Of a DNA stretch of 64,000 nt, positions 8,840 to 17,756 are shown in pieces. The notes beneath the pieces are model-generated. The model worked only from the letters and a program-made list of their open reading frames with translations. It did not search any database and had not been told where the DNA came from. Both the position numbers and the translations under genes were made by a program. Position 1 is the first letter of the stretch; the number at the start of each line of letters is the position of its first letter. The stretch is from a virus: positions 30,997 through 94,996 of IMG/VR virus record IMGVR_UViG_3300031576_000012; one strand, given 5' to 3'.

Positions 8840-9969
8840 TTGCGTTTTCCTTTCTTCTCTTCTTTGTTAAGCTTGGTGATAACATCAAAGAATTCTTTGG
8901 CTACTTTGTGATGTGGACTGTCTGGTTTTCCAGACCAATTTACAATCACCTCTGTAGTTGCAAAACATTTCTGCATCAGAGTATCTGCACCCACATATGC
9001 AATGTCTTGAGCAATGTCTAGCATAAAGGTTAGAAGATTAACCACTTGGTTTTCATCCTCTGATACTTCTTTATCATTGAATCGTTCTTTGCTAAACAGT
9101 TCTTCAATCGCTTGCTTCTGTTCTGGGAGCTTTCCATCTGCTACAATCTTTTTAACGTCCTCTCTAATTGATGGATAGTCTTTGAGAATCTTAGTTACAT
9201 CAATAGCTAGGTAGTTAGACTTCCTGAATTGATCGTACTGTACCGCTGCGGCTGTTCCTACTAACCCTGATGCAGCATCAATCATGCAAGCGTCAATATA
9301 TCCAAGCTTCTCAAGTGAATTAACCATTCTAGCTAACATCACTGCACTTCTACGATTAGGCTTCACACTATCAAAGTCAAAGCTCTTTTGTTTAGCATCA
9401 AGCAATTTAGGATTAGCCCTGAAGAAGGAAACAACATCAGGTCTTACACCAATCTCTTTTGCATACGCATACCATTCATCTTTAGTCGGTGTCAAATCAA
9501 TGTGACAGAACCGGCTCATCAATGCTGGTTCAATATCTGTTACTTGGTAATCATCATCACCAGGATTACCAGCTGCTACGATACATGCACCCTTTGGTAG
9601 TTTGTAGTGGTTCATAATCCCGCCTGTAAGAACCAATTGGAACACACAGTTCAAAACATCTGGACGTGCCCTATTCAATTCATCAAGGAATAGAATGCCC
9701 TTCCAATTAGGATCTTGCGGAAGGAAGGAAGACATTAGGAACTCAGCTGTCTTTTTACCGTTCTTATCTGTACTCTCAATAGGCAAGCCCATCCAATCAC
9801 CTGATTCAGTCAGTGCTGCTCTAACGTCAATGAAGTTAATACCTAGCTTTTCTGTAACTTGGAAGACTGTTTCACTTTTACCAATACCGTGAACTCCCCA
9901 AAGCCACACAGATACTCCTGCATGTCGTCCCGCTTCGATTATCTTCTTTGCCGTGGTGATACTTGCCAT
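8836..9969 (-). CDS. MoxR-like AAA+ ATPase
   Basis: Walker A GVHGIGKS, Walker B LFLDELNRA, sensor AAGNP, Arg finger ALMSRF, PNRRS. Confidence 0.92.
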   Translation of the reverse strand: MASITTAKKIIEAGRHAGVSVWLWGVHGIGKSETVFQVTEKLGINFIDVRAALTESGDWMGLPIESTDKNGKKTAEFLMSSFLPQDPNWKGILFLDELNRARPDVLNCVFQLVLTGGIMNHYKLPKGACIVAAGNPGDDDYQVTDIEPALMSRFCHIDLTPTKDEWYAYAKEIGVRPDVVSFFRANPKLLDAKQKSFDFDSVKPNRRSAVMLARMVNSLEKLGYIDACMIDAASGLVGTAAAVQYDQFRKSNYLAIDVTKILKDYPSIREDVKKIVADGKLPEQKQAIEELFSKERFNDKEVSEDENQVVNLLTFMLDIAQDIAYVGADTLMQKCFATTEVIVNWSGKPDSPHHKVAKEFFDVITKLNKEEKKGKRK

Positions 9970-9983
9970 GTTCTGTTCTCCTT

Positions 9984-10490
9984 TTATTTTTTTGCGTTAG
10001 CTACAATTACTTGTAGTTCTTTTTGAACTTTTACTGGATAGTCCATATTGGTAATTATATGTCCATTGTTGTAGTGAAGTAAAGCTTTTTCTACATTACC
10101 GCGATACTTTTTTAATAGGTGGGAGAGAAACAAAGAACCACATGCCACATTACGATCAGGGGCAAATGCTTCTTCTTTAGTAAGACCGCAAAGGTTTTTA
10201 TATATAACTGGGGTTAGCTGCATTAGCCCAACTGCACCCGAAGATTGATTATAAGCATAAGGATCACCATCACTTTCTACTTCGATAACTGCTCTTGTGA
10301 TATTGGGATCAATAACTGAAAATTGGCCAATCTCAAAAGACGTTTTAGTAGCTGAAGTCTTTTTAAGGAATTCATTCTCTGTTCGGAGAATAGAAATGTC
10401 ATGGAAAGCTAGAGCAAGCAACATATAGTTCATAGCAACTAAAGCTGCTAGAGCAAAAATCATATATCTATTTTGTAATGTAATTCTCAT
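9984..10490 (-). CDS. lytic transglycosylase (SLT) with N-terminal membrane anchor
   Basis: AVIEVESDG (catalytic Glu), GAVGLMQL, ALLHYNNG; hydrophobic residues 9-29. Confidence 0.92.
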   Translation of the reverse strand: MRITLQNRYMIFALAALVAMNYMLLALAFHDISILRTENEFLKKTSATKTSFEIGQFSVIDPNITRAVIEVESDGDPYAYNQSSGAVGLMQLTPVIYKNLCGLTKEEAFAPDRNVACGSLFLSHLLKKYRGNVEKALLHYNNGHIITNMDYPVKVQKELQVIVANAKK

Positions 10491-11158
10491 TTTATGCCTT
10501 TCGGTTTATTCAATACGTATATGTTACCTAGCTTTATATTATACGCATTTTGTTCTGATGAGTCAAGGTAAATGACCCTAATTGTATTCTTGTGTTTGCT
10601 TAGATATTCTGCGACAAGCTTGGTCAACTCTACGTTGTTTGGTTTTTGTTCGTGTTCAGTAAGCACATTATTATATTGATAACCCCTTGATATTGCTTGA
10701 AATTCTGCGTTAAACTTAAATCCTTGAACCAATCGTAGGGCTATTTTAGCTGGGGTATCAACTAATATAGCGTCAACAGTATTCTTTTCTTTTGGTGAGG
10801 CTTTATACATTTTGAAGTCTAGTATTTTAATCTCTCTACCTTTAGCACTATATAAGCGTGTTTTATGTAGGTTAATTAAAGAGGCTTCCTGCATCAACTC
10901 GGTTAACGATTTACCCCTGTACTGCCTGTTCTCTCTACCTACAGAGCCATAATATTTAGTCTTTAAAGAAATAAGAACTTTGTTTTGTGCTTCTATTTCA
11001 GTCAAATAAAACGAAGCTTCTTTGTGCATTTTACTTGATTGAGTGAAATCAACACTTGTAACACAAGCATTAAATGCAGCATTCAATTTTACAATACCTT
11101 CTTGACATTTACCAACAAGGGTACTAAAGTGCGCTGCTGAATGTGTACGTCTAGGCAT
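10487..11158 (-). CDS. hypothetical protein
   Basis: 223-aa coupled ORF. Confidence 0.75.
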   Translation of the reverse strand: MPRRTHSAAHFSTLVGKCQEGIVKLNAAFNACVTSVDFTQSSKMHKEASFYLTEIEAQNKVLISLKTKYYGSVGRENRQYRGKSLTELMQEASLINLHKTRLYSAKGREIKILDFKMYKASPKEKNTVDAILVDTPAKIALRLVQGFKFNAEFQAISRGYQYNNVLTEHEQKPNNVELTKLVAEYLSKHKNTIRVIYLDSSEQNAYNIKLGNIYVLNKPKGIK

Positions 11159-11456
11159 TGCCTTTAGGCTCCACCTTGCTTAGAATGTCATCAATACGCT
11201 GTTCACGTTGAGCCTCTTGTTCCTTTTGAAATACTTCAACTTGTGCCTTAGCTTGTTCTAACTTTTTATCCATACTGAGAGTCAATACCTTGTATTGCTT
11301 ATCAAATTCGCTCATCACTTCATCTTTAGTAGTTAGCCTACAACTAACAAGAATGTCTGTCAAAACATCCATCATGATCCTTTGTTCAGTTAGAATCTGC
11401 ATCAAAGCCATGAAATTAATCTCAACAGGTACCATATTGGGATTATTATTTCGCAT
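11151..11456 (-). CDS. hypothetical coiled-coil protein
   Basis: Likely start MRNNNPNM at 11456. Confidence 0.7.
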   Translation of the reverse strand: MRNNNPNMVPVEINFMALMQILTEQRIMMDVLTDILVSCRLTTKDEVMSEFDKQYKVLTLSMDKKLEQAKAQVEVFQKEQEAQREQRIDDILSKVEPKGNA

Positions 11457-11730
11457 TCTTCTTTTTCCTTTCCTGCTCTTTTTTGATCGTTGTCTTAAGC
11501 TTGGTCTCCAATTCTTTACATTCAAGTTTCTTGTCCTTACAGTTTGCATCCATATACTTAAGTCTTTGATTTACAACACCTTTTAGCATTGGATTGTCCT
11601 TCAAGAATGGATCAGCAATCTTAGTAAAACTTGTAAACCTTTGTTTCAATTCTCCTAAAATCTCTAATGATTCTGAAGACTTCTTTATCTTTTCTTTAAT
11701 CTTTTGAATCTTAGTTGGTTTCTTTTTCAT
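11446..11730 (-). CDS. Lys-rich hypothetical protein
   Basis: ATG at 11730 after GAGGGG, directly downstream of a promoter. Confidence 0.7.
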   Translation of the reverse strand: MKKKPTKIQKIKEKIKKSSESLEILGELKQRFTSFTKIADPFLKDNPMLKGVVNQRLKYMDANCKDKKLECKELETKLKTTIKKEQERKKKNAK

Positions 11731-11740
11731 ATACCCCTCT

Positions 11741-11769
11741 ATTATATCATATATAATATTATAAGTCAA
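11741..11769 (-). promoter_or_regulatory. sigma70-type promoter
   Basis: TTGACT-N17-TATAAT. Confidence 0.75.
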
Positions 11770-11910
11770 TTACTCATACAATTGTAATCTCTTTTATTTG
11801 TATACATACTTCTTATTGTATTAATATATTGCATATAAATTAATTATAATCTACATAAATATTGTATTAACATAATTGTATCTTGTAAGAATACAATTGT
11901 AATTATAATA
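11770..11910. repeat. very AT-rich non-coding segment with ATACAATTGTAAT x2 and TATTGTATTAA x2
   Basis: 13-mer at 11776 and 11891 (contains palindrome TACAATTGTA); 11-mer at 11814 and 11860. Confidence 0.7.
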
Positions 11911-11913
11911 TAT

Positions 11914-11942
11914 ATTATAACCTTTATCTCAGCCATTGTCAA
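11914..11942 (-). promoter_or_regulatory. consensus sigma70-type promoter
   Basis: TTGACA-N17-TATAAT. Confidence 0.85.
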
Positions 11943-12262
11943 TCTAAATTATCGTATTCGATTTCAGACCCTTCATATGAGTCTTCATCACAATCTAGCC
12001 CCTCTGCCTCTTCATCTACCTTTTTAGTAATGATATCATATAGTTCTTTATCATTTAGTTTAATGTTATTGGTAACGTCTTCCCCCTCTTCAGTTCTAAT
12101 TTTAAAACTAAAGTCATCTAAGAATGACATACGTACACCTCTATTACCATCAGCATCAGCCCCGTAATTGTTATCAGTAACGAAAGTGTAATCTACTTCA
12201 ATCTCAAAGAAACGATAGTCATGATTGTTTCTAGTATCTGTATATACAAAATTATGATTCAT
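11939..12262 (-). CDS. acidic hypothetical protein
   Basis: Start MNHNF after GGAG; contains YGADADGNRG; D/E-rich tail. Confidence 0.75.
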   Translation of the reverse strand: MNHNFVYTDTRNNHDYRFFEIEVDYTFVTDNNYGADADGNRGVRMSFLDDFSFKIRTEEGEDVTNNIKLNDKELYDIITKKVDEEAEGLDCDEDSYEGSEIEYDNLD

Positions 12263-12479
12263 TAGTCTTCTCCAAAATGGTTTTAACATACTTGCTAACC
12301 TCTTGTTCTACAAGGGGCTTATTACTCCAATCAGGTGGGAATACATTCTTGTATTCATCCTTCAAACGCATCATAGAAAATACATGAATTTCACACGCGG
12401 TATTAATAACCGTATCATGCTCTTCTGCATACGCATTATTACACATTAACATAATTAAAGCAAGTAAAATCTTTTTCAT
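12252..12479 (-). CDS. small secreted protein
   Basis: Signal-peptide-like MKKILLALIMLMCNNAYA; AGGAG RBS. Confidence 0.7.
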   Translation of the reverse strand: MKKILLALIMLMCNNAYAEEHDTVINTACEIHVFSMMRLKDEYKNVFPPDWSNKPLVEQEVSKYVKTILEKTNES

Positions 12480-12497
12480 TATCTTCTCTCCTTTTAA

Positions 12498-12526
12498 ATT
12501 TTACGTTGTTTTACGTTCATTGTCAA
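12498..12526 (-). promoter_or_regulatory. sigma70-type promoter
   Basis: TTGACA-N17-TAAAAT. Confidence 0.75.
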
Positions 12527-12971
12527 ATGACTCTTTTAAACAAAGAGTATCTTATAAATACATTTGGTATTTGTTGGTCTGAAGTGGGGTACTTTCCTTG
12601 CTGCCCACCACCAGGGTACCTTTGCCATGAGACCTTATTCTGTTTCTCATGCTCTTTGTTGTAAGGTATTATCCTTATCTTGTCTTTAGGTATGTTCATT
12701 TCTGTATAGTCTTTCTACTGAACCCTATACTAAAACTACAGAATCCAATGAATAATGCAATAACTGTGCCAAATATAAAACCCATGTATATTAAAGAGAA
12801 CACAACTCTAAGACACTCTTTAAAAAATTCTATTACTATTTCAATCATATTAATCTCTTCCTCCCAACCAATATTTAATATTATACCATATCGTTAAGGT
12901 AATTTTAATAGCATAACACATGAAGTCGTTAAATTCTTTTTTGAAATTAGCCAATTTAAAACTCCTTTTAG

Positions 12972-13181
12972 TTACTTACCATTGATGATTGTAAAGTCAC
13001 CGTCACCACGTACAGGGGCGATACTCCTTACTCCCATTTGACTAATGGTGTATGCCGTATCTTTCAATGACGCTTTCTTTTGTAGGTCTTTACATATTTT
13101 AATTGCATCCATCATTGTGATATTATCAATCAATGTTTCAATTACTCCATTAGACCGCTTGTATATAAGACAATTCTTCAT
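12972..13181 (-). CDS. hypothetical protein
   Basis: AAGGG RBS; part of the small-gene array. Confidence 0.65.
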   Translation of the reverse strand: MKNCLIYKRSNGVIETLIDNITMMDAIKICKDLQKKASLKDTAYTISQMGVRSIAPVRGDGDFTIINGK

Positions 13182-13193
13182 TTGTATACCCTT

Positions 13194-13445
13194 TTAGTTA
13201 TATTGTTGAACATCAAATACATTACTATTAATCAATTCAATTATGACATTCCCATTTTCTAATTCATTCTCATGTTGCTTAACGAATGTTGAAATGGCCA
13301 ATTTATCAAGGCTTTTTATAATCCACTTCAATGAATGGGATGCATGTACAAAATTTTTATCTGCATGTTGTCCTTCACTGATAGCTGTTAGGTTACTATC
13401 TAGCCCTTTCAATACTTCCAATGTCCTTTGCTCTGATTCAGTCAT
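13194..13445 (-). CDS. hypothetical protein
   Basis: GGGAG RBS. Confidence 0.7.
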   Translation of the reverse strand: MTESEQRTLEVLKGLDSNLTAISEGQHADKNFVHASHSLKWIIKSLDKLAISTFVKQHENELENGNVIIELINSNVFDVQQYN

Positions 13446-13446
13446 G

Positions 13447-13716
13447 TTACTTGCTCCCTACAAAAGGTTTATCATCGCTAGGTACTAAGTCAATCAAGTT
13501 TGCATATTGAACTACCGGCTTTCTACCACGCTTTAGCTGCAAGCTTTCATCAAATACTTTCACTTGCTCCAATAGTGACGCGGCTATCTCATTACCCGCT
13601 TTAGCATCTTTTAATAGTTTAGTTCTAACATTGCGCCTTGTCTTCTTATCTAGTACCACACCTGATACTACTTCCCTAATTACAGTTTCACTAATTGTCG
13701 TTTGTCCCTTTGGCAT
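13447..13716 (-). CDS. hypothetical protein
   Basis: AAGGGA RBS; contains KRGRKP (AT-hook-like). Confidence 0.7.
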   Translation of the reverse strand: MPKGQTTISETVIREVVSGVVLDKKTRRNVRTKLLKDAKAGNEIAASLLEQVKVFDESLQLKRGRKPVVQYANLIDLVPSDDKPFVGSK

Positions 13717-13730
13717 GTTATCGTCCCTTT

Positions 13731-13943
13731 CTATAAGTTAATTGAAACGTCTTTAATAAAACATTCATCGCAAAATCTCACAATTGTACAAATACTATCA
13801 GCTACTTCTTTAAATTTTTTATATTTATTTTCTTTTAATCCTTCTTTCAAAATATCATTTGATATTGTATATTTTTTATTGCATTTTGGGCAACTAGCAT
13901 CATGATATATCATAAAATTATTCCTTTCTTTTCGTACAATCAT
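13731..13943 (-). CDS. small zinc-finger protein
   Basis: CPKC...FCDEC. Confidence 0.6.
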   Translation of the reverse strand: MIVRKERNNFMIYHDASCPKCNKKYTISNDILKEGLKENKYKKFKEVADSICTIVRFCDECFIKDVSINL

Positions 13944-14136
13944 TTAATAGTTCTAGTGTGAATGGATCAAGATATCCTTTTTGAATTCCCATTTCATCTA
14001 TTGCGTCTAGCATCTCACTTGCCGCTTGATAGGCTACCTCAAGGTATCCATCTCCTGTCAATTCAGCATGGGTACCTAATGCCCCTACTGCATCATACAA
14101 CTTGCCTCTTAGCCCTAGATAATCATACTTTGTCAT
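13918..14136 (-). CDS. hypothetical protein
   Basis: GAGGT RBS. Confidence 0.7.
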   Translation of the reverse strand: MTKYDYLGLRGKLYDAVGALGTHAELTGDGYLEVAYQAASEMLDAIDEMGIQKGYLDPFTLELLNDCTKRKE

Positions 14137-14427
14137 AATTACCTCACGAATGCTTTTACATATGCATGTACAGCGGGGGGAATTTGAGCAAACAAATACA
14201 TTGCCCCAATAAAATATCCTACTAGCGCCAACATGATTGTTACAAATAATATTTTTTGTTTAGTTTCAAATATCATTTTATTATCCTTTCTTTGTTATAG
14301 TTGTTCACAATACTCTATTTGTTCCTCACCTATTGCCAAAATAAGAGTATCAATATCCTCCTCTTGACAGTCTACTACAAAAACTTCACCGCTTACAAGC
14401 TTTATCTCATACGTTGAATTAATCACA

Positions 14428-14679
14428 TTAATTTACTCCTCTATAGTCAAAGTCTTGATATGAACATTCATTGTCTTGACTGATAATCTTTGCAATTCTA
14501 TTGCCTGCCAAGTCTTCAATGTAACTGTCATGCCCTTCTACCATTGTAGTCAATAGTTCCCCTTCATCTAATAGGTCACTAATCTTTTCTAATGTATATC
14601 CTTTCTTAACTATCATAATATCTTGTGATACATGACCGCTAACTGTAAAAGATATTCTACCTGTTTTTGAATTAGCCAA
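14428..14679 (-). CDS. hypothetical protein
   Basis: TTG start after GGGAGG. Confidence 0.65.
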   Translation of the reverse strand: MANSKTGRISFTVSGHVSQDIMIVKKGYTLEKISDLLDEGELLTTMVEGHDSYIEDLAGNRIAKIISQDNECSYQDFDYRGVN

Positions 14680-14680
14680 T

Positions 14681-14935
14681 TTAAACCTCCCTTTTAATAT
14701 TCATTATATAGTTAACTAATTTGTTAGTCAACATTTCTTGCTTTCTTTGTTTTGACACTGCCCCTATAAAAAACCTTCTCATTGAATTACCATATCTTTT
14801 TTTATTACACTTGCCGCACATGCCCTTACCTAATCCCCTTTTTAGCATGTATTTTACTTGCGTATGATATTCTGCATTACATTGTTTACAATTTACTTTG
14901 CATGACGTAGTTAATCCTTCAATTGGTGTTTTCAT
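14681..14935 (-). CDS. zinc-finger hypothetical protein
   Basis: CKQC...CGKC. Confidence 0.65.
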   Translation of the reverse strand: MKTPIEGLTTSCKVNCKQCNAEYHTQVKYMLKRGLGKGMCGKCNKKRYGNSMRRFFIGAVSKQRKQEMLTNKLVNYIMNIKREV

Positions 14936-15159
14936 TATCGTACCTCAATTTCTTCAATACTAACCCATGAGTCATTTTCAAAATGGTTTAAGTCTTCCAC
15001 TGTTTTAATTGTTTCTTTTAAGTCTTCACTATATTGCTTTAAGATATCCTTTTGAAAGTTTAAAGCTTTCTTTTTTTTGTCGAATACTTCAATTTGTCTT
15101 CCATTGTCGTATTCATGTGTTAGTACATATACTTTCATTATATTGTCCTTTCTTAGCAT
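14935..15159 (-). CDS. hypothetical protein
   Basis: MKVYVL...IEEIEV pattern common in phage early genes. Confidence 0.7.
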   Translation of the reverse strand: MLRKDNIMKVYVLTHEYDNGRQIEVFDKKKKALNFQKDILKQYSEDLKETIKTVEDLNHFENDSWVSIEEIEVR

Positions 15160-15731
15160 CGTGTTAGATTCTCAAACAAGTACCCGTTATCATCTTGCGG
15201 CAAACAATCGTTACGCGCTGCAAAGATAGATATTTCACATTCTTTGCACAATTCTACTCTTTCTTTAATTGACATATTCTCCCATGTTTCACATGCTAGT
15301 TCCCATTCCATTTCAGAAAACAAGTCTTCATTAAGAATAGGGTAGCTATCTAGGCTTTCTTGAATCAATGCCCATTCAATGAATACGGGGGTTATGTTGC
15401 CCATTTCATCTATTGGCTTAATACTAAACCCGTCAACGTGCCCTACTGCCCAATGGTTATGACTTTCCATTCTAATATGCCCTGAATTCTCAAAAGGTTT
15501 TAGTTTTTCCTCAATAACCTTTGCATTGCATTGTGTAAGTGTATCAGCGTCACGGTTTGAATAATACACTATGCCCCAATTTTCAGCGTCTTTAGGTTTA
15601 CCAAACCAAACAAAACTATCAAACTTTGCCCAATTGCCGCGTACTTCATTAGCAAACTCTAAAAGCTTTTTCGGATTAGCCAATATTTTAGACTGTTTTA
15701 GCATGTTGCACCTTTTTGTTAAATTGTTCAT
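15153..15731 (-). CDS. conserved phage hypothetical protein
   Basis: HWAVGHVD and LDSYPILNED motifs. Confidence 0.75.
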   Translation of the reverse strand: MNNLTKRCNMLKQSKILANPKKLLEFANEVRGNWAKFDSFVWFGKPKDAENWGIVYYSNRDADTLTQCNAKVIEEKLKPFENSGHIRMESHNHWAVGHVDGFSIKPIDEMGNITPVFIEWALIQESLDSYPILNEDLFSEMEWELACETWENMSIKERVELCKECEISIFAARNDCLPQDDNGYLFENLTRC

Positions 15732-15900
15732 TGTTTTCTATTTGATGATACCCATTTCTAAAAAATACTTGTTTCCCTATATCTTGTTTTTGCACCCTTC
15801 CAAAAAAGTCATATAAGAATATATTTTTCCCGTGTTTTGTTCTATGGGCGCTAATCATCCCTTGCCCTATATCCTGTTTTTGTATGGTGTAAACATGCAT
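15688..15900 (-). CDS. hypothetical protein
   Basis: Internal repeat QKQDIG x2. Confidence 0.6.
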   Translation of the reverse strand: MHVYTIQKQDIGQGMISAHRTKHGKNIFLYDFFGRVQKQDIGKQVFFRNGYHQIENNEQFNKKVQHAKTV

Positions 15901-15902
15901 AA

Positions 15903-16037
15903 CTAAGCTTTCCTTTCTTGTCTGAATAGGCTTAAAGCTTCACTCTTAGTATATCCAAAGTAAACCCGCTTGAACAAATACCCTTGCACAATATCAGTTA
16001 TGACATATGCCCCGTGAATGTTCTTAGTGATAGTCAT
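15903..16037 (-). CDS. 44-aa hypothetical protein
   Basis: Below cutoff: MTITKNIHGAYVITDIVQGYLFKRVYFGYTKSEALSLFRQERKA; AAGGGGG RBS. Confidence 0.65.
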   Translation of the reverse strand: MTITKNIHGAYVITDIVQGYLFKRVYFGYTKSEALSLFRQERKA

Positions 16038-16048
16038 ATATAACCCCC

Positions 16049-16603
16049 TTATATGTAGAAAGCTTGCCCATTAGCAAGAAACGTCATTTCATTACATTGT
16101 GCTAATTCAATCAAGCTTTCATCACTTGTTTGATGTTCAATATCACTATACCCAATTTTTTCAAACTCCATTGACAAGCTTTGCAAGAATTCAAGGCAAG
16201 CGTTTTCTATCAAGCCAATTGTTTCAGAGTTTGCCCTATTATCACAATGTGTAAAAAGTGTCATGCTGTTTTTATAGGTATAATGCCCCTTAGTCTTAAC
16301 GTCTAAGCTTTCAAATTCTACAGCGTCAAGTATTTCAGGGGTTATGCCCTTGCAATGTTCTAGCACGTTTGCCCTTGTCAAATTCCCTTCGAATGCTACC
16401 CCGTCCCCTTGGCAACAACTCAATGACCAATTAGCTTTTAAATCAAGCTTTCTTTCTTCAAGTAACATTGCAAAATTATCTGAAACAATTTCATAAATAA
16501 ACCCGTTTTCATATTCTGATTGTCTAAGCTTTTCAATTGCCCTTTCCTTTGCCTTTGGTTCTAATTCTTCAATGCTATAAACTGTTATTTCTACTTTTTG
16601 TAT
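16049..16603 (-). CDS. conserved phage protein (family often labelled antitoxin of toxin-antitoxin stability system); ATA at the expected start
   Basis: Frame open 45 codons upstream of the track start, giving xQKVEITVYSIEELEPKAKERAIE; also QGDG and TSDESLIELAQCNEMTFLANG motifs. Confidence 0.7.
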   Translation of the reverse strand: MQKVEITVYSIEELEPKAKERAIEKLRQSEYENGFIYEIVSDNFAMLLEERKLDLKANWSLSCCQGDGVAFEGNLTRANVLEHCKGITPEILDAVEFESLDVKTKGHYTYKNSMTLFTHCDNRANSETIGLIENACLEFLQSLSMEFEKIGYSDIEHQTSDESLIELAQCNEMTFLANGQAFYI

Positions 16604-16604
16604 G

Positions 16605-16862
16605 TTATAACTCGCTTTCTATTATTAAGGTTTTCAATTCTTCCCCTGTACCATCAAAAGGCATTGGTATATATCCTTCATAACACCTATTAGCATAATC
16701 TGATATACAAACGTCTGATAGTTCCCAATGCTTACCCGTTTTAGTAAAATATGCATATGATTCACAGTTATGATTTTCTTCATTGCATTCATTATCTTTA
16801 CAAATATCTAAACTCAATTCATTCAAGTATTTTGTTGTATTGTTCCATTGTGTTTTAGTCAT
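16605..16862 (-). CDS. hypothetical protein
   Basis: AAAGGGGACAATATG leader. Confidence 0.7.
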   Translation of the reverse strand: MTKTQWNNTTKYLNELSLDICKDNECNEENHNCESYAYFTKTGKHWELSDVCISDYANRCYEGYIPMPFDGTGEELKTLIIESEL

Positions 16863-16872
16863 ATTGTCCCCT

Positions 16873-17109
16873 TTACTTTACAAGATTGTCTAAAATGGTT
16901 TGATCTACTTCTTTGCATTCCATGCCCGAAAATTCAGTGCCTAACCATTTATTGATATGCCTTGACGTTGTAACGCTCCATTTTTTGCTTGTACGTACTA
17001 CCCCTAAACCACTAATAAAAGCGGCTACGGGGGTTTTATATGAAAAGAGAATAGAGTTATTTTCTGTTTCTAGTACCGTCATGTTACTTGCGTATGGATT
17101 AATTTTCAT
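16873..17109 (-). CDS. conserved phage hypothetical protein
   Basis: FSYKTPVA...SVTTSRHINKW motif family. Confidence 0.8.
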   Translation of the reverse strand: MKINPYASNMTVLETENNSILFSYKTPVAAFISGLGVVRTSKKWSVTTSRHINKWLGTEFSGMECKEVDQTILDNLVK

Positions 17110-17157
17110 TTTATGCCCTTTCTTGTTTGTTGTTTATTGCCCTATTCATTAAGCTTA

Positions 17158-17361
17158 CTATTCCATGCATTCAATGTCAAGCTTTATTTCAATCAATCTA
17201 TTATAAAGATTTACATGCTCTTTTGTATTTTCCTTGTCTTCTCTAATTAAGCGTAGGCTTTCACTAATCAGATAATTGATATTTTCAAGCTTTGCTTGCT
17301 TAGTCATATAGCTTGCCTTGCCTGTCTTAAAGAAGCTTAATCCGCTTTGTAGTAGTGTCAT
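17158..17361 (-). CDS. hypothetical protein
   Basis: AAAGGGGACAACATG leader. Confidence 0.65.
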   Translation of the reverse strand: MTLLQSGLSFFKTGKASYMTKQAKLENINYLISESLRLIREDKENTKEHVNLYNRLIEIKLDIECME

Positions 17362-17371
17362 GTTGTCCCCT

Positions 17372-17494
17372 TTACTTGTCTACCCAATTAATTAACCCAA
17401 TGAATAACGCGCCAAAATCAACATATATAATGACCATAGAAGCGATTACAGCTAGAACTATTGCCGCTATATACTCTTTACCTTGCTTTGTCAT
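17372..17494 (-). CDS. 40-aa membrane peptide
   Basis: Below cutoff: MTKQGKEYIAAIVLAVIASMVIIYVDFGALFIGLINWVDK; TAATG coupling. Confidence 0.6.
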   Translation of the reverse strand: MTKQGKEYIAAIVLAVIASMVIIYVDFGALFIGLINWVDK

Positions 17495-17682
17495 TATTTC
17501 TTACCTTGAAGCTTTCTAATCATTGCGATATCGCCACGCTTTACCGCTTCCGTCAATAACACTGAAAGGGGGTTAACAGGCTTTGACGTTTCAGCCTTAA
17601 CAACGGGGCGGCTATTTTTAACCCCATTCAATGATCGTTCAATACGTCTTACCTCTCTATCATTATCGTATATGTCTTTCAT
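17494..17682 (-). CDS. hypothetical protein, first gene of the leftward arm
   Basis: AAAGGGGACAACATG leader at 17682. Confidence 0.7.
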   Translation of the reverse strand: MKDIYDNDREVRRIERSLNGVKNSRPVVKAETSKPVNPLSVLLTEAVKRGDIAMIRKLQGKK

Positions 17683-17727
17683 GTTGTCCCCTTTCACTTC
17701 ATTCTGTTTATTGTTGCCCATATATAG

Positions 17728-17756
17728 AGAGTATCAAACTAAGCTTACTATGTCAA
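17728..17756 (-). promoter_or_regulatory. leftward sigma70-type promoter
   Basis: TTGACA-N17-TACTCT with TGn. Confidence 0.65.
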
